Positions 26,434 through 36,174 of a DNA stretch of 64,000 nt are shown here, in pieces. The notes under the pieces are model-generated. The model did not search any database. It was given only the letters and a program-made list of their open reading frames with translations, and was not told the origin of the DNA. Numbering within the stretch: the stretch's first letter is position 1; each line of letters starts with the position of its first letter. Both the position numbers and the translations under genes were made by a program. This stretch comes from Vulcanimicrobiota bacterium (GTDB lineage: Bacteria > Vulcanimicrobiota > Vulcanimicrobiia > Eremiobacterales > Eremiobacteraceae). The stretch lies in contig CAWETU010000001.1 in the NCBI GenBank assembly GCA_963812135.1, positions 448,001 to 512,000 of the forward strand, in the 5' to 3' direction.

Positions 26434-26874
26434 ATGACCGCGCTCCCGAAGTTCACGGGACAGTTCGAACATTCTCTGGACGAGAAGGGTCGTTTGACCA
26501 TCCCGGCCCGTTTTCGCGCGCGCCTTGGCGACCACTTCGTTTTGACGATCGCGCCGCCCGAACCGTGCCTGGCCATGTATCCGGAATCGGCGTGGTCGGA
26601 TTTTTGCGCCAAGCTGGAAGCCGCGCCGCGCAAGGACGCGCAGTATCGCAGCTTCGTCCGCCATCTTTTCGCCCACACGGACGAGGTCACGCTGGATGGC
26701 CAGGGCCGTCTGCTCATCCCACCTACGCTGCGGGAACATGCTCAGCTCGATCGCGACACGGTGCTCGTCGGAGCGCTCACGCGCATCGAGCTCTGGTCCG
26801 CGGATGGCTGGCGCAAAGCCAGCGGTGCGCCGGAGCGCATGGCCGATTTGATGACCGAGCTTGGACTCTACTAG
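26434..26874 (+). CDS. mraZ: Transcriptional regulator MraZ
   Basis: F.GQFEHSLDEKGRLTIPARFR; LDGQGRLLIP; RIELWS. Confidence 0.96.
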   Translation: MTALPKFTGQFEHSLDEKGRLTIPARFRARLGDHFVLTIAPPEPCLAMYPESAWSDFCAKLEAAPRKDAQYRSFVRHLFAHTDEVTLDGQGRLLIPPTLREHAQLDRDTVLVGALTRIELWSADGWRKASGAPERMADLMTELGLY

Positions 26875-27823
26875 CCATGTGCCGGTCATGCTCGCCGAGA
26901 CCCTCGACCTGCTGCTGCCGGCCGCAAGCGAAGGTGCGCCTCGCAAAAGTTCGACTAGCGAGCATCCGCTGTTCGTCGATTGCACCTTCGGCGCAGGCGG
27001 ACACACCCAAGCGTTACTCGATCGAGTTCCCGGCTCGCGCGTCATCGCGCTCGACGCCGACCCGAACGCAGTGGCGCGGGCGGAGGAGCTTGCTCGCAAG
27101 TACCCCCGCCGCGTCACCCCGATCCACGCCAACTTCGCCGAGCTTGGCCCAAAGCTCGCTTCCATTGGAGTCAGCGACGTGAACGGCATCATGTACGATC
27201 TCGGTCTGTCGTCGCTGCAGCTCGCTGACGAGGCGAGAGGCTTCGCGTTCGCCGGCACCGGCGAGCTCGATATGCGCCTGGATCCAACCTCCGACGCCGC
27301 AACCGCTGCACAGTTGCTCGCGACCGCCAAAGAAGGCGAGATCGCGGACATCATCTTCGAATTCGGCGACGAGCGCAACGCGCGGCGCATCGCGCGTCAG
27401 ATCGTCAGGCGTCGGGAACGCTCGCCGTTGCGCACGACGTCGGATCTGGTGGCGGCGGTGCTCTCCGCGCAACCGCGCGCGACGCGCGGCCGGCGCAGTG
27501 CGCTGCATCCCGCGACGCGCACGTTTCTCGCGCTGCGCATGGCGGTCAACGCTGACCTCGAGAGCCTTGCGACGAGCTTGCAAGATGCGATCGCGTGCGT
27601 CGTACCCGGCGGACGGATCGCCGTGATCAGTTTCCACTCCGGCGAGGATCGCGTCGTCAAGCATCAATTCGCCGCATGGCGTCGCGCCGGCGTTGCGGAG
27701 TCGCTGACGCGCAAGCCGATGACGCCGACGCAGACGGAGATCGCCTCGAATCCACGCAGCCGGAGCGCCAAGCTTCGCGCGGTCGAGCGCGCGCACCATC
27801 CCGATCTGCCGAGGAGCGCCTGA
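26861..27823 (+). CDS. rsmH: 16S rRNA m4C1402 methyltransferase
   Basis: HVPVML.E, DCTFGAGGH, DLGLSSLQL, LDMR, HPATRTF.ALR, VISFHS.EDR, NPRSRSAKLR. Confidence 0.97.
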   Translation: MDSTSHVPVMLAETLDLLLPAASEGAPRKSSTSEHPLFVDCTFGAGGHTQALLDRVPGSRVIALDADPNAVARAEELARKYPRRVTPIHANFAELGPKLASIGVSDVNGIMYDLGLSSLQLADEARGFAFAGTGELDMRLDPTSDAATAAQLLATAKEGEIADIIFEFGDERNARRIARQIVRRRERSPLRTTSDLVAAVLSAQPRATRGRRSALHPATRTFLALRMAVNADLESLATSLQDAIACVVPGGRIAVISFHSGEDRVVKHQFAAWRRAGVAESLTRKPMTPTQTEIASNPRSRSAKLRAVERAHHPDLPRSA

Positions 27824-27825
27824 CC

Positions 27826-28266
27826 GTGCCCGCCGCGCACGCATACAAGCTCGAATTCGACCGCCGCTTGGCCCCGCCGTCGCGCACGGCCCGCGCCGCG
27901 CGCCCAACCAGCCGCGCCGCGCGCCGCAAGAGCATGTCGACGGCACGCATCGTCGCGCTCGTCGCCGCGCCGCTCATCATGTTGTTCGGCTACGTCGGAT
28001 TGACGGCAGAGCTCGCGGCGCAGACGTATCGGCTCAACGCCGATCAGACGCTCCAGGCACAGCTCGTGCAGACCGACGACGCGCTGCGCCAGCATCTCGC
28101 ACAAGTACAATCCGTCGCCAAGCTTGAAGCCGCGGCGGCCGCGCTGCACATGAAGGAACCGGCGCGCACCGCCGTCATCACGCTGCCGTCCGCAAGCACC
28201 AAGCCCACGACCACGGCCTTCGCCGCCCGACTCGCGAGCTTCAAGCGCTTGTTCTTCGCGCGCTGA
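27826..28266 (+). CDS. Cell division protein FtsL-like
   Basis: Position between rsmH and ftsI; basic N-terminus, one TM, coiled coil, LE..A...L.M..P; GAGGAG RBS. Confidence 0.7.
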   Translation: MPAAHAYKLEFDRRLAPPSRTARAARPTSRAARRKSMSTARIVALVAAPLIMLFGYVGLTAELAAQTYRLNADQTLQAQLVQTDDALRQHLAQVQSVAKLEAAAAALHMKEPARTAVITLPSASTKPTTTAFAARLASFKRLFFAR

Positions 28267-28287
28267 GCGCGCGCCGGCCTTGACGCC

Positions 28288-30078
28288 GTGAAGGAAAAGG
28301 AACGCAGCCGCCTCCGCGGGCGAGCTATCGCCGTCTTTTGGCTGTTCTTCATCGTCGCCGGCCTGCTCGGCGTCCGCCTCTACGTCGTACAAGTACGCGA
28401 AGGCGCCGCGCTCGCGTCGATCGCGGTCGATCAACATCGCGCGGAATATCCGGTCAGCGGACGGCGCGGCCGTGTCGTCGACAGGTTCGGTACCGTGTTC
28501 GCGGGCACGTCACCGGCGGTGCAAATATTTGCGCAACCGCCCGACGTCACCGATCCGCACGCCGAAGCGCTCGCGCTCGCCCCGTTGCTGCGCGAACCGG
28601 CGCCGCTCATCGAGCGCCAGCTCACCGAGAAGACGACGTTCGTCTATCTCGGACGCATGCTGCCCAAAGCGCTGGGCGCGAGCGTCGAAGCGCTCGGTCT
28701 TCCAGGCATCGGCACGAGCGACGAGCCGACCGGTTTGCGCATCGATCCGCAAGGTCGGATCGGCTCCACGGTCATCGGCTTCACCGGCATCGACAACCAA
28801 GGGCTCGCGGGCATCGAAGTGTCGTTCAACGACGTGCTCGCAGGCAAGGCGGGCCAAGTGGTCGAGGAGACCGACAGCCAGTTGCGGCCATTGCCGTTCG
28901 GCCGGCGCGTGGTGCACGAGGCGGTCACGGGCGACACGGTCGTGCTCACTCTCGATCGATCGCTGCAGCTCGCGGCCGAAGACGTGCTCGCGAAGACGGC
29001 GTCGACGACCGGCGCGCGTAGCGCCAGCGCGATCGTCATGCGTGCCGATACCGGCGAGATCCTCGCGCTTGCGAACTGGCCCAACTTCGATCCGAATCAT
29101 TACGCCGCATTCCCGCAAGATTCGTATAAGAACCGGGCGATCGCCGATCCCTACGAGCCGGGCTCGACGTTCAAAGTCATCACCGCGACCGCCGCGATCG
29201 ATTCGGGCCGCGTGTCACTCGACGACACCTTCCCCGCTGAGAACGTCATCGACATCGGCGGCTACGTCATCCACAACGCCGACGACGGACTCATGCCCTC
29301 AGGCCATACGCGCGAAACGCTAAGCGACATCGTCACTTTCTCCCACAACGTCGGCGCAGCCGAAGTCGCGCTGCGCGTCGGCAAGAAGACGATGGGCGAA
29401 TATATCAAGCGTTTCGGACTCGACGACGTCAGCGGCATCGATCTGCCGGGCGAGAGCCCTGGCATCATCGACACGCCCGATCATTGGTATGGCTCGCGTG
29501 AGGCGACGATCGCGTTTGGCCAGGGCGTGTCGGTGACCGCGCTTGCGCTGGCCCGCGCCTATGCGGCGATCGCCAATGGCGGCCGCCTGATGAAACCGCT
29601 CATCGTGCGCGAGGTGCTGGATCCCGACGGGCGGGTCGTCACCCGCTACGAGCCTGAGACGGTGCGTCGGGTGATGCGCCCGCAGACGGCGGCAGCGCTG
29701 CTCGCGATGCTGCGTAACGTCGTCAAGAAAGGCACCGGCACGAACGCGGCGATCGCCGGCTACGCGGTCGCGGGCAAGACCGGTACCGCCGAAATCGTCG
29801 CGCACGGCGAATACCAACCCGGCGAATACATCGCTTCCTTCATAGGCATCGTGCCGGCGGATCGACCGCAGTACGTCGTATTGGTCAACGTCGAGCGGCC
29901 GCGCGGCCTGTATTACGGCGGCTTGGTGGCGGCGCCGGCGTTCCGCGAGCTCGCCCGGCGCGTCTTGTGGCGCGAGGGCGTGCTTCCGCAACGCCCGGTG
30001 AGCGCGCTGACGGAGAACGCACCCCCGCGCGAGGCGCCGGCTCCCGCTCGGCGGAATACGTCTCCGAAACATCCATGA
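28288..30078 (+). CDS. ftsI: Class B penicillin-binding protein (FtsI/PBP3)
   Basis: RG...DR.G, GLAGIE, EPGSTFK (SxxK), SHN (SxN), KTGTA motifs. Confidence 0.93.
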   Translation: MKEKERSRLRGRAIAVFWLFFIVAGLLGVRLYVVQVREGAALASIAVDQHRAEYPVSGRRGRVVDRFGTVFAGTSPAVQIFAQPPDVTDPHAEALALAPLLREPAPLIERQLTEKTTFVYLGRMLPKALGASVEALGLPGIGTSDEPTGLRIDPQGRIGSTVIGFTGIDNQGLAGIEVSFNDVLAGKAGQVVEETDSQLRPLPFGRRVVHEAVTGDTVVLTLDRSLQLAAEDVLAKTASTTGARSASAIVMRADTGEILALANWPNFDPNHYAAFPQDSYKNRAIADPYEPGSTFKVITATAAIDSGRVSLDDTFPAENVIDIGGYVIHNADDGLMPSGHTRETLSDIVTFSHNVGAAEVALRVGKKTMGEYIKRFGLDDVSGIDLPGESPGIIDTPDHWYGSREATIAFGQGVSVTALALARAYAAIANGGRLMKPLIVREVLDPDGRVVTRYEPETVRRVMRPQTAAALLAMLRNVVKKGTGTNAAIAGYAVAGKTGTAEIVAHGEYQPGEYIASFIGIVPADRPQYVVLVNVERPRGLYYGGLVAAPAFRELARRVLWREGVLPQRPVSALTENAPPREAPAPARRNTSPKHP

Positions 30079-31562
30079 CGAATCCGATGCCGACGCTGCT
30101 CCGGCGCCTGCTCGCCGGAGTTGCTGACGCCCGTGTGAGCGGGGATCCCGACGTCCTCATAACTTCGGTGAGCATCGACTCGCGCCGCATCGAGCGCGGG
30201 GGTCTCTTCGCCTGTCTGCGCGGCCTGCGCGACGACGGTCACGCGCACGCGCGCGAGGCCATCGCCGCCGGCGCGGCCGCCGTGCTGGCCGAGCGGGATC
30301 TCGATATCGGCACCGCGTCGCTGGTCGTGGTGCCGTCGGTGCTCGCGTCGCTGTCGCCGATTGCCGCCGAGCTGTGGGCGCGCCCGGCGAATTCGCTCGT
30401 GTGCGTCGGCGTCACGGGGACGAACGGCAAGACGACGACCACGCATCTTTTTGAATCCATCGCAGCGGCGGCGGGCCGCTCGTTCGGTCTCATCGGAACG
30501 CTCGGCGCGCGCTTGGGCGACAAGTTTTCCGTCGACCTCGACCACACGACCCCGTATGCGCACGACCTTCAAGCGTTGCTCGCGCGCTTTCGCGCGGCGG
30601 GTGCGAACGGCGCCGTGCTCGAGGTCTCAAGCCATGCGCTTGCGATGCATCGCATCGACGACGTCGAGTTCGACGTCACAGCGCTTACCAATGTCACGCA
30701 CGATCATCTCGATTTCCACGGCAGTTTCGAGGAGTACGCGAAGACCAAGCGGCGACTTTTCGATCTAGCGCGGCACAACGAGACCAAGGCGCCGGGCACG
30801 TGCGTCATCAATCTCGATGACCCCGAAGGTCGCCGGATCGCGGCGGAGCTGCCGTCGGCGCTGACCTATTCGATCGCGAGCCCGGACGGCGCGCTGCGCG
30901 CCGTCGATGTGGAGCTGTTCGCCGACGGTTCGCGCTTCCGAGTGCCGGCGCTCCGAGCCGAGCCGTTCACGATGCGGTTGCCCGGTCCGTTCAACGTGGC
31001 CAATGCGATGGCGGCGATCGGCGCAGCGTCGGCGCTCGAGTTCGACGTCGACGCGATCGCGCAGGGCCTGCTGTCGGTCACGACCGTGCCTGGGCGCATG
31101 TCGCAAGTGCCGGCAGAACATATCGGCGTGTATGTCGACTACGCTCACACGCCGGACGGATTGCGCAACGTGTTGCAAGCGGCGCGCGCGCTCACGCAAC
31201 ACCGCGTCGTGTGCGTGTTCGGCTGCGGTGGCGACCGCGACGCGCTCAAGCGGCCGGTGATGGGCCGCATCGCGCGCGAGTTGGCGGATCACGTCGTGCT
31301 GACCAACGACAATCCGCGCTTTGAGGATCCCCAACGCATCGTCAACGACGTGCTCGCCGGATTGGAAGGCGACGGCGCATCCTATACTGTGGTGCTCGAT
31401 CGGGCGCTCGCGATCGAAAACGCTATCGCCGAAGCCGAACCGGGCGATGTCGTCGTCATCGCAGGCAAAGGCCACGAGTCATATCAGCTCGTGCGCGACG
31501 AGCGCTTGCCGTTCTCCGATGTGAGCACGGCCGAGGCGGCCATCCGTAAGGTGGGCGCGTGA
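30075..31562 (+). CDS. murE: UDP-MurNAc-tripeptide synthetase (meso-DAP type)
   Basis: GVTGTNGKTTT, EVSSH, DHLDFH, DYAHTPD, GCGGDRD, DNPR, AGKGHE. Confidence 0.97.
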   Translation: MTNPMPTLLRRLLAGVADARVSGDPDVLITSVSIDSRRIERGGLFACLRGLRDDGHAHAREAIAAGAAAVLAERDLDIGTASLVVVPSVLASLSPIAAELWARPANSLVCVGVTGTNGKTTTTHLFESIAAAAGRSFGLIGTLGARLGDKFSVDLDHTTPYAHDLQALLARFRAAGANGAVLEVSSHALAMHRIDDVEFDVTALTNVTHDHLDFHGSFEEYAKTKRRLFDLARHNETKAPGTCVINLDDPEGRRIAAELPSALTYSIASPDGALRAVDVELFADGSRFRVPALRAEPFTMRLPGPFNVANAMAAIGAASALEFDVDAIAQGLLSVTTVPGRMSQVPAEHIGVYVDYAHTPDGLRNVLQAARALTQHRVVCVFGCGGDRDALKRPVMGRIARELADHVVLTNDNPRFEDPQRIVNDVLAGLEGDGASYTVVLDRALAIENAIAEAEPGDVVVIAGKGHESYQLVRDERLPFSDVSTAEAAIRKVGA

Positions 31563-33778
31563 ACAGGTTGACGCTGTCGCGCTTTCTCGAAGCGTCAGGC
31601 GGCATGCTCGCCGGCGGCGAACTCGACGGCGAGCTGCCGTTTGTCCCCAGCACCGACTCGCGGACGTTGCGCCCCGGCGAGACGTTCGTCGCCTTGCGCG
31701 GCCCGAATTTCGACGGCCATCAATATGTGAAGGCGGCGCTCGAGGCCGGTGCGGTCGCGGTGGTGGTGGACCGGGCCGACGCGTTGCCGGTCGATGGCAC
31801 GGTGCCGGCGGTCATCGTCGACGATACGAACGCCGCATATCTGCGCGGCGCCGCCGCGGCACGGCGGCTGGCGTCGGGCACGATACTCGTGGGCGTCACC
31901 GGCAGCGCCGGCAAGACGACCACCAAAGCGTTCGCCGCGCAGCTGATCGGCCGGGTGCGGCGCGTGATCGCGACGCCGATGAACGAGAACAACGAGCTCG
32001 GCGTGGCCAAGCTGTGCTACGCGCTCGACGACAGCGTCGAGATCGCGATCGCGGAGTTTGGCGCGCGCCACCCGGACGAGATCGCGCAACTCGTCGAGAT
32101 GGCCGCGCCGGATGTCGGAGTGCTCGTCAACATCGGCGAGTCCCATTTGGAGTTCTTCGCCGATCGCGAGCAGCTCGCGCGCACGAAATTCGCGATCTTC
32201 GGTGCGGGCGCGCGCCCAGTGTGCAATGCCGCGGATGAGTGGACGCGCAAACTCGCGGCTGAGGCGGGCATCGTCGAGCGTGCCTTGTGGGTGCGGCTGT
32301 GCGGTGAGCCGGAGTTGGCGGGCTTGATGCTTGAAGCCGGCGTGCCGCGCGACGGACGCGTGGCGCTTTCGCTCGGCGCGTCACACGCGTTCGCGCCGTG
32401 GCATCTGATCGGCGAACATCATCTACGCGACGCGCTGCTGGCGGTGGGCGCAGCGCTGCAATGCGGCGTGCGCTTCGAAGACGCGATTGAAGGCGTTGGC
32501 GATCTGCGCTTGCCGCCCGGACGTTTTGAGCTGCACTCGCTGCCGAGCGGCGCTACCGCGGTGTATGACGCATATAACGCGAGCCCGACTTCAATGCGCC
32601 ATGCGTTTAGCGCATTCGCATCGCTGCCCGCGGCGCGGCGCATCGCGGTGCTGGGCAGCATGGCCGAGCTCGGGGCGGACGCGGCAGCTGGTCACGAAAG
32701 CACGGGCGCAGCGGCGGCGAGCGCCGGACTCGACGCGCTCTATTGCGGCGGCGATCACGCGCAGACGATCGCGCGCGGCGCGCTCGACGCCGGCATGGCG
32801 CCGACATCCGTCCACACGTATGTCACAAATGCGGAAATCGCAAAAACCCTGCGGGACCAGCTGCGCGAAGGCGATGCGGTTCTGCTCAAGGGCTCTCGCG
32901 TGCAACGGATGGAGGAGATTCTCGACGCCTTGCTCTTGGCTGACGCGCCTCCGGCACCGAAAGCCGAGACGTCGGAGGCGGCGAGAGCCGCCGGAGCCGA
33001 GCCGGGGAGGGAGACTATTCCGATGATCCCCGGCGTTCTCGGCGCAGGTGCCGGAAGCGCGGCAGATGAGAACGAGCGACGATTTGATGTCCAGGTACCC
33101 GAGCTTCCCGCGCGCATCGTGGCATTACCCGTTCGGACTCCCATCGTCCGCCCCGGGGATGACATTGCGAGGCTCGTCGCAGATTGCGTGCGCGGAATAA
33201 CCGGACCTGACGATGTCATCTGCGTCGCTGAGACAGCGGTCGCCATCGCGCAGGGCCGTTCCATCCCAGCTGAAGCGATCCGTCCGGGTCGCTTAGCTCG
33301 CGTTCTTGCGGAACAAGCTGGCCCGTACGCGACGATGAGCCAACCCGAGTCGGTGCAACTCGTGATCGAACAAGTCGGCACTGCGAAGGTGCTTGCGGCC
33401 GCCGTCGCCGGCGCAGCCGGCAGACTCGTCGGCCGACGCGGCGACTTCTACCGTTTCCTGGGCGCGGCCGTCGCGGAGATCGACGGTTACACCGGCACGA
33501 TGCCGCCGTACGAGCGCCACATCGTGTTTGGTCCGGCGGATCCCGCGGGCGTTGCTGAGGGGATCGCGGCCGCTTGCGGCGCGCGAGCCGTCATCGTCGA
33601 CGCGAACGATCTGCACAAAGCCGAGATCCTCGGGGCGAGCGCCGGCGTCGATGCCGACACGGTCCGGCTGTGCCTGTTGAGCAATCCGCACGGCAACAGC
33701 GACCAGCAAACCCCGGTCGTGGTGTTGAAATACCGGCCGCTGTCGGACGCCCCGCGCCGCTCGCCGTTGCTCGCATGA
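31559..33778 (+). CDS. murF: MurF (about aa 1-460) fused through a low-complexity linker to a CofE-like (F420-0:gamma-glutamyl ligase family) domain
   Basis: MurF motifs TDSR, GPNFDGH, TGSAGKTTTK, DAYNASP, LG.MAELG, LLKGSR; C-terminal domain PVRTPIVRPGDD, AETAVAIAQGR, GDFYR, IDGYTGTMPPY, IVDANDL, NPHGNSDQQTP. Confidence 0.9.
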   Translation: MNRLTLSRFLEASGGMLAGGELDGELPFVPSTDSRTLRPGETFVALRGPNFDGHQYVKAALEAGAVAVVVDRADALPVDGTVPAVIVDDTNAAYLRGAAAARRLASGTILVGVTGSAGKTTTKAFAAQLIGRVRRVIATPMNENNELGVAKLCYALDDSVEIAIAEFGARHPDEIAQLVEMAAPDVGVLVNIGESHLEFFADREQLARTKFAIFGAGARPVCNAADEWTRKLAAEAGIVERALWVRLCGEPELAGLMLEAGVPRDGRVALSLGASHAFAPWHLIGEHHLRDALLAVGAALQCGVRFEDAIEGVGDLRLPPGRFELHSLPSGATAVYDAYNASPTSMRHAFSAFASLPAARRIAVLGSMAELGADAAAGHESTGAAAASAGLDALYCGGDHAQTIARGALDAGMAPTSVHTYVTNAEIAKTLRDQLREGDAVLLKGSRVQRMEEILDALLLADAPPAPKAETSEAARAAGAEPGRETIPMIPGVLGAGAGSAADENERRFDVQVPELPARIVALPVRTPIVRPGDDIARLVADCVRGITGPDDVICVAETAVAIAQGRSIPAEAIRPGRLARVLAEQAGPYATMSQPESVQLVIEQVGTAKVLAAAVAGAAGRLVGRRGDFYRFLGAAVAEIDGYTGTMPPYERHIVFGPADPAGVAEGIAAACGARAVIVDANDLHKAEILGASAGVDADTVRLCLLSNPHGNSDQQTPVVVLKYRPLSDAPRRSPLLA

Positions 33779-34737
33779 CGTTCACGCCGTTCTTCTCGAT
33801 CACGCTCGCGTTCGGTCTCGGCGCGATCGCGGCCGCACTCGTCGTTCCCGTGCTGATCGCCTGGCAGCGCCGGCATGCGCTCGGCCAACAGATCTATGAA
33901 GACGGGCCGGCATCGCACGCCGTGAAGCAAGGCACGCCCACCATGGGCGGCGTCGCGTTCGCGCTCGCCGCCATCATCGGAGCGCTCGTGCCGCCGATGG
34001 ACTGGTCGTGGCGCCTGCCAATCTTGTGCCTTGTCATAGCCGCTGCGGCGATCGGCTTCACCGATGACTATCTCAAACTGATCAGACAGCGCGCGCTGGG
34101 TTTGCGCGCGCGTTGGAAGTTCGGGTTGCTGGTGCTCGTCGCGATCGGCTTCGTGTGGTGGACATCGGCCTATCACCCGTTTGCCTCGGTCTGGTTCACC
34201 GGCGTCGTCGCGATGCCGCCCTGGTTGTGGGCGCTGTTGGGTGTGTGCGCGATCGTCGGCGCCGCCAACGCCGTGAATCTGACCGACGGTCTCGATGGCT
34301 TAGCAGCCGGAACCGCGATCCCGCCGCTCTTGCTGCTGGGTTTCTTGTTCGCCGGAATGATCCCGGCGGCGGTGGCCGGCAGCTGCACCGGCTTCCTTTA
34401 TTATAACCGGCACCCGGCTCGCATCTTCATGGGCGACACCGGCTCGCTCGCGCTGGGCGCGCTGCTCGGCGGCCTCGCGATCGAATACAATTTCCTGTTG
34501 CTGCTGCCCATCATCGGCATCGTCTTCGTCATCGAGGCGCTCTCCGTGATCGCGCAGGTGATCGGTTTCAAAACGACCGGCAAACGGATCCTTAAGATGA
34601 GTCCGCTGCATCATCACCTCGAGATGTCGGGCTGGCCGGAGCAGCGGATCACGATCGTCTTCGGCATTGTCTCGTTCTGCGCCACCTTCGGCGCCTACGT
34701 CCTCTTGTTGCTGACGTTGCGAGGCTCCGAGCTGTAA
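33775..34737 (+). CDS. mraY: Phospho-N-acetylmuramoyl-pentapeptide transferase
   Basis: H..KQGTPTMGG, GF.DDYLK, NAVNLTDGLDGL, FMGDTGS, PLHHHLE. Confidence 0.97.
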   Translation: MTFTPFFSITLAFGLGAIAAALVVPVLIAWQRRHALGQQIYEDGPASHAVKQGTPTMGGVAFALAAIIGALVPPMDWSWRLPILCLVIAAAAIGFTDDYLKLIRQRALGLRARWKFGLLVLVAIGFVWWTSAYHPFASVWFTGVVAMPPWLWALLGVCAIVGAANAVNLTDGLDGLAAGTAIPPLLLLGFLFAGMIPAAVAGSCTGFLYYNRHPARIFMGDTGSLALGALLGGLAIEYNFLLLLPIIGIVFVIEALSVIAQVIGFKTTGKRILKMSPLHHHLEMSGWPEQRITIVFGIVSFCATFGAYVLLLLTLRGSEL

Positions 34738-36174
34738 ATGCCGAACGACGCAGCAGTGAATCTCGTAGAAGGCGACCGGGCGCTGATCATCGGCGTCGGC
34801 CGCAGCGGCATGGCCACCGCGGCCGTGCTGCGCGACCGCGGCCTCCGCGTCGCCGCCTACGACGACAAACCGCCCGAACAGCTCACCGCGCAACGCGCGG
34901 AGCTCGCTCGGCTCGACGTCGAGCTCGTCGACAAAGACGCCCTTACCGCTGCGACGTCGGACACCGACGTCGCCATTTTATCGCCCGGCGTGCCGCCCAA
35001 CAATCCGGCCGTGCTCCAGATCCAGCGAGCAGGCGTGCCGGTCATCGCGGAGATCGAAGCCGCGTATCGCATCGCCAAGGCGCCGATCATCGCGATCACG
35101 GGAAGCAAGGGCAAATCGACCACCACCGCGCTGACCGGGCACTTGCTGCGCAGCGCAGGCGCGCGCGCGCGGACCGGCGGCAACATCGGCAACCCGCTTA
35201 TCCGCGAAGCCGCCGCAGCGGCCGCGGACGAATGGCTCGTCGCCGAGGTCTCGAGCTTTCAGCTCGAAGCGATCAGCACGTTCCACCCACGCGTCAGCGT
35301 CATGCTCAATCTCTCGCCGGATCACCTGGACCGCTATCCGTCGATGGAAGAATACCGCGAAGCGAAGCTGCGCATTTTCGCCAACCAGGGCGAAGGCGAT
35401 TGGTTCGTCGGCAATGCCGACGATGCGGCGATCCGCGAATTGCACGACGGACCGGTGAAGCGCTTGCGCTGCGATAGCGCGTGGTTCTCCCTGTATGGGG
35501 CGGATATCGCCGACGTCACGTCCACCGACGGGTGGATCGTGCGGCGCACGCGCGGCAAGCGCGCGGCGAGCACCCGGTTCACGCCGGTCATCGCCATAAG
35601 CGACCTCAAGATCAAAGGCGCGCACAACGTGGCGAATGCGATGGCTGCGTATTTGGCGGCGTCGCTGGCGCTCTTGCGCGGCACGGTGATCGGCGCGCAC
35701 GACGATGCGCTCGTCGAAGGATTGCGTACCTTCGAACCGCTCGCGCACCGCTTGCAAACGGTCGCCACTGCCGCCGGCGTCGTCTGGGTCGACGACAGCA
35801 AGGCCAGTAATCCGGATGCTGTTGTCAAGGCGCTGCATGCGTTTGACGGCCCGATCATCCTGATCGCCGGCGGGCGCAGCAAACGGACCGACTTCGCCGG
35901 GCTCGCGAAAGCTGCGTCGGACCGCGCCAAGCTCATCGTCTTGATCGGCGAGAGCGCGCGGGAGATCGGATCGCTGGTGGAACGCGGCCCGATCGTTTAC
36001 GCGGATTCGATGACCGCTGCCGTGGCCGCCGCCGCCGAGGCCGCTGCCCCCGGCGACGTCGTGCTGCTCTCGCCTGGCTGCTCTTCCTTTGATATGTTCG
36101 ACAGCGCGGAGCAGCGAGGCGATGCGTTCGTCGCCGCCGTTCGCGGCCTGCTCGGCGAAACGGCCATCGCATGA
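34738..36174 (+). CDS. murD: UDP-MurNAc-L-Ala:D-Glu ligase
   Basis: G.GRSG, SPGVP, TGSKGKSTT, GGNIG.P, EVSSFQL, DHLDRY, DDSKASN, LLSPGCSSFDMF. Confidence 0.97.
   Translation: MPNDAAVNLVEGDRALIIGVGRSGMATAAVLRDRGLRVAAYDDKPPEQLTAQRAELARLDVELVDKDALTAATSDTDVAILSPGVPPNNPAVLQIQRAGVPVIAEIEAAYRIAKAPIIAITGSKGKSTTTALTGHLLRSAGARARTGGNIGNPLIREAAAAAADEWLVAEVSSFQLEAISTFHPRVSVMLNLSPDHLDRYPSMEEYREAKLRIFANQGEGDWFVGNADDAAIRELHDGPVKRLRCDSAWFSLYGADIADVTSTDGWIVRRTRGKRAASTRFTPVIAISDLKIKGAHNVANAMAAYLAASLALLRGTVIGAHDDALVEGLRTFEPLAHRLQTVATAAGVVWVDDSKASNPDAVVKALHAFDGPIILIAGGRSKRTDFAGLAKAASDRAKLIVLIGESAREIGSLVERGPIVYADSMTAAVAAAAEAAAPGDVVLLSPGCSSFDMFDSAEQRGDAFVAAVRGLLGETAIA

Noticed and set aside
33110..33778. Evidence for coenzyme F420 biosynthesis
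   Set aside because: No cofC/D/G/H or fbi genes nearby; the domain is a divergent subfamily fused to MurF, so an F420 role is not supported by this window.
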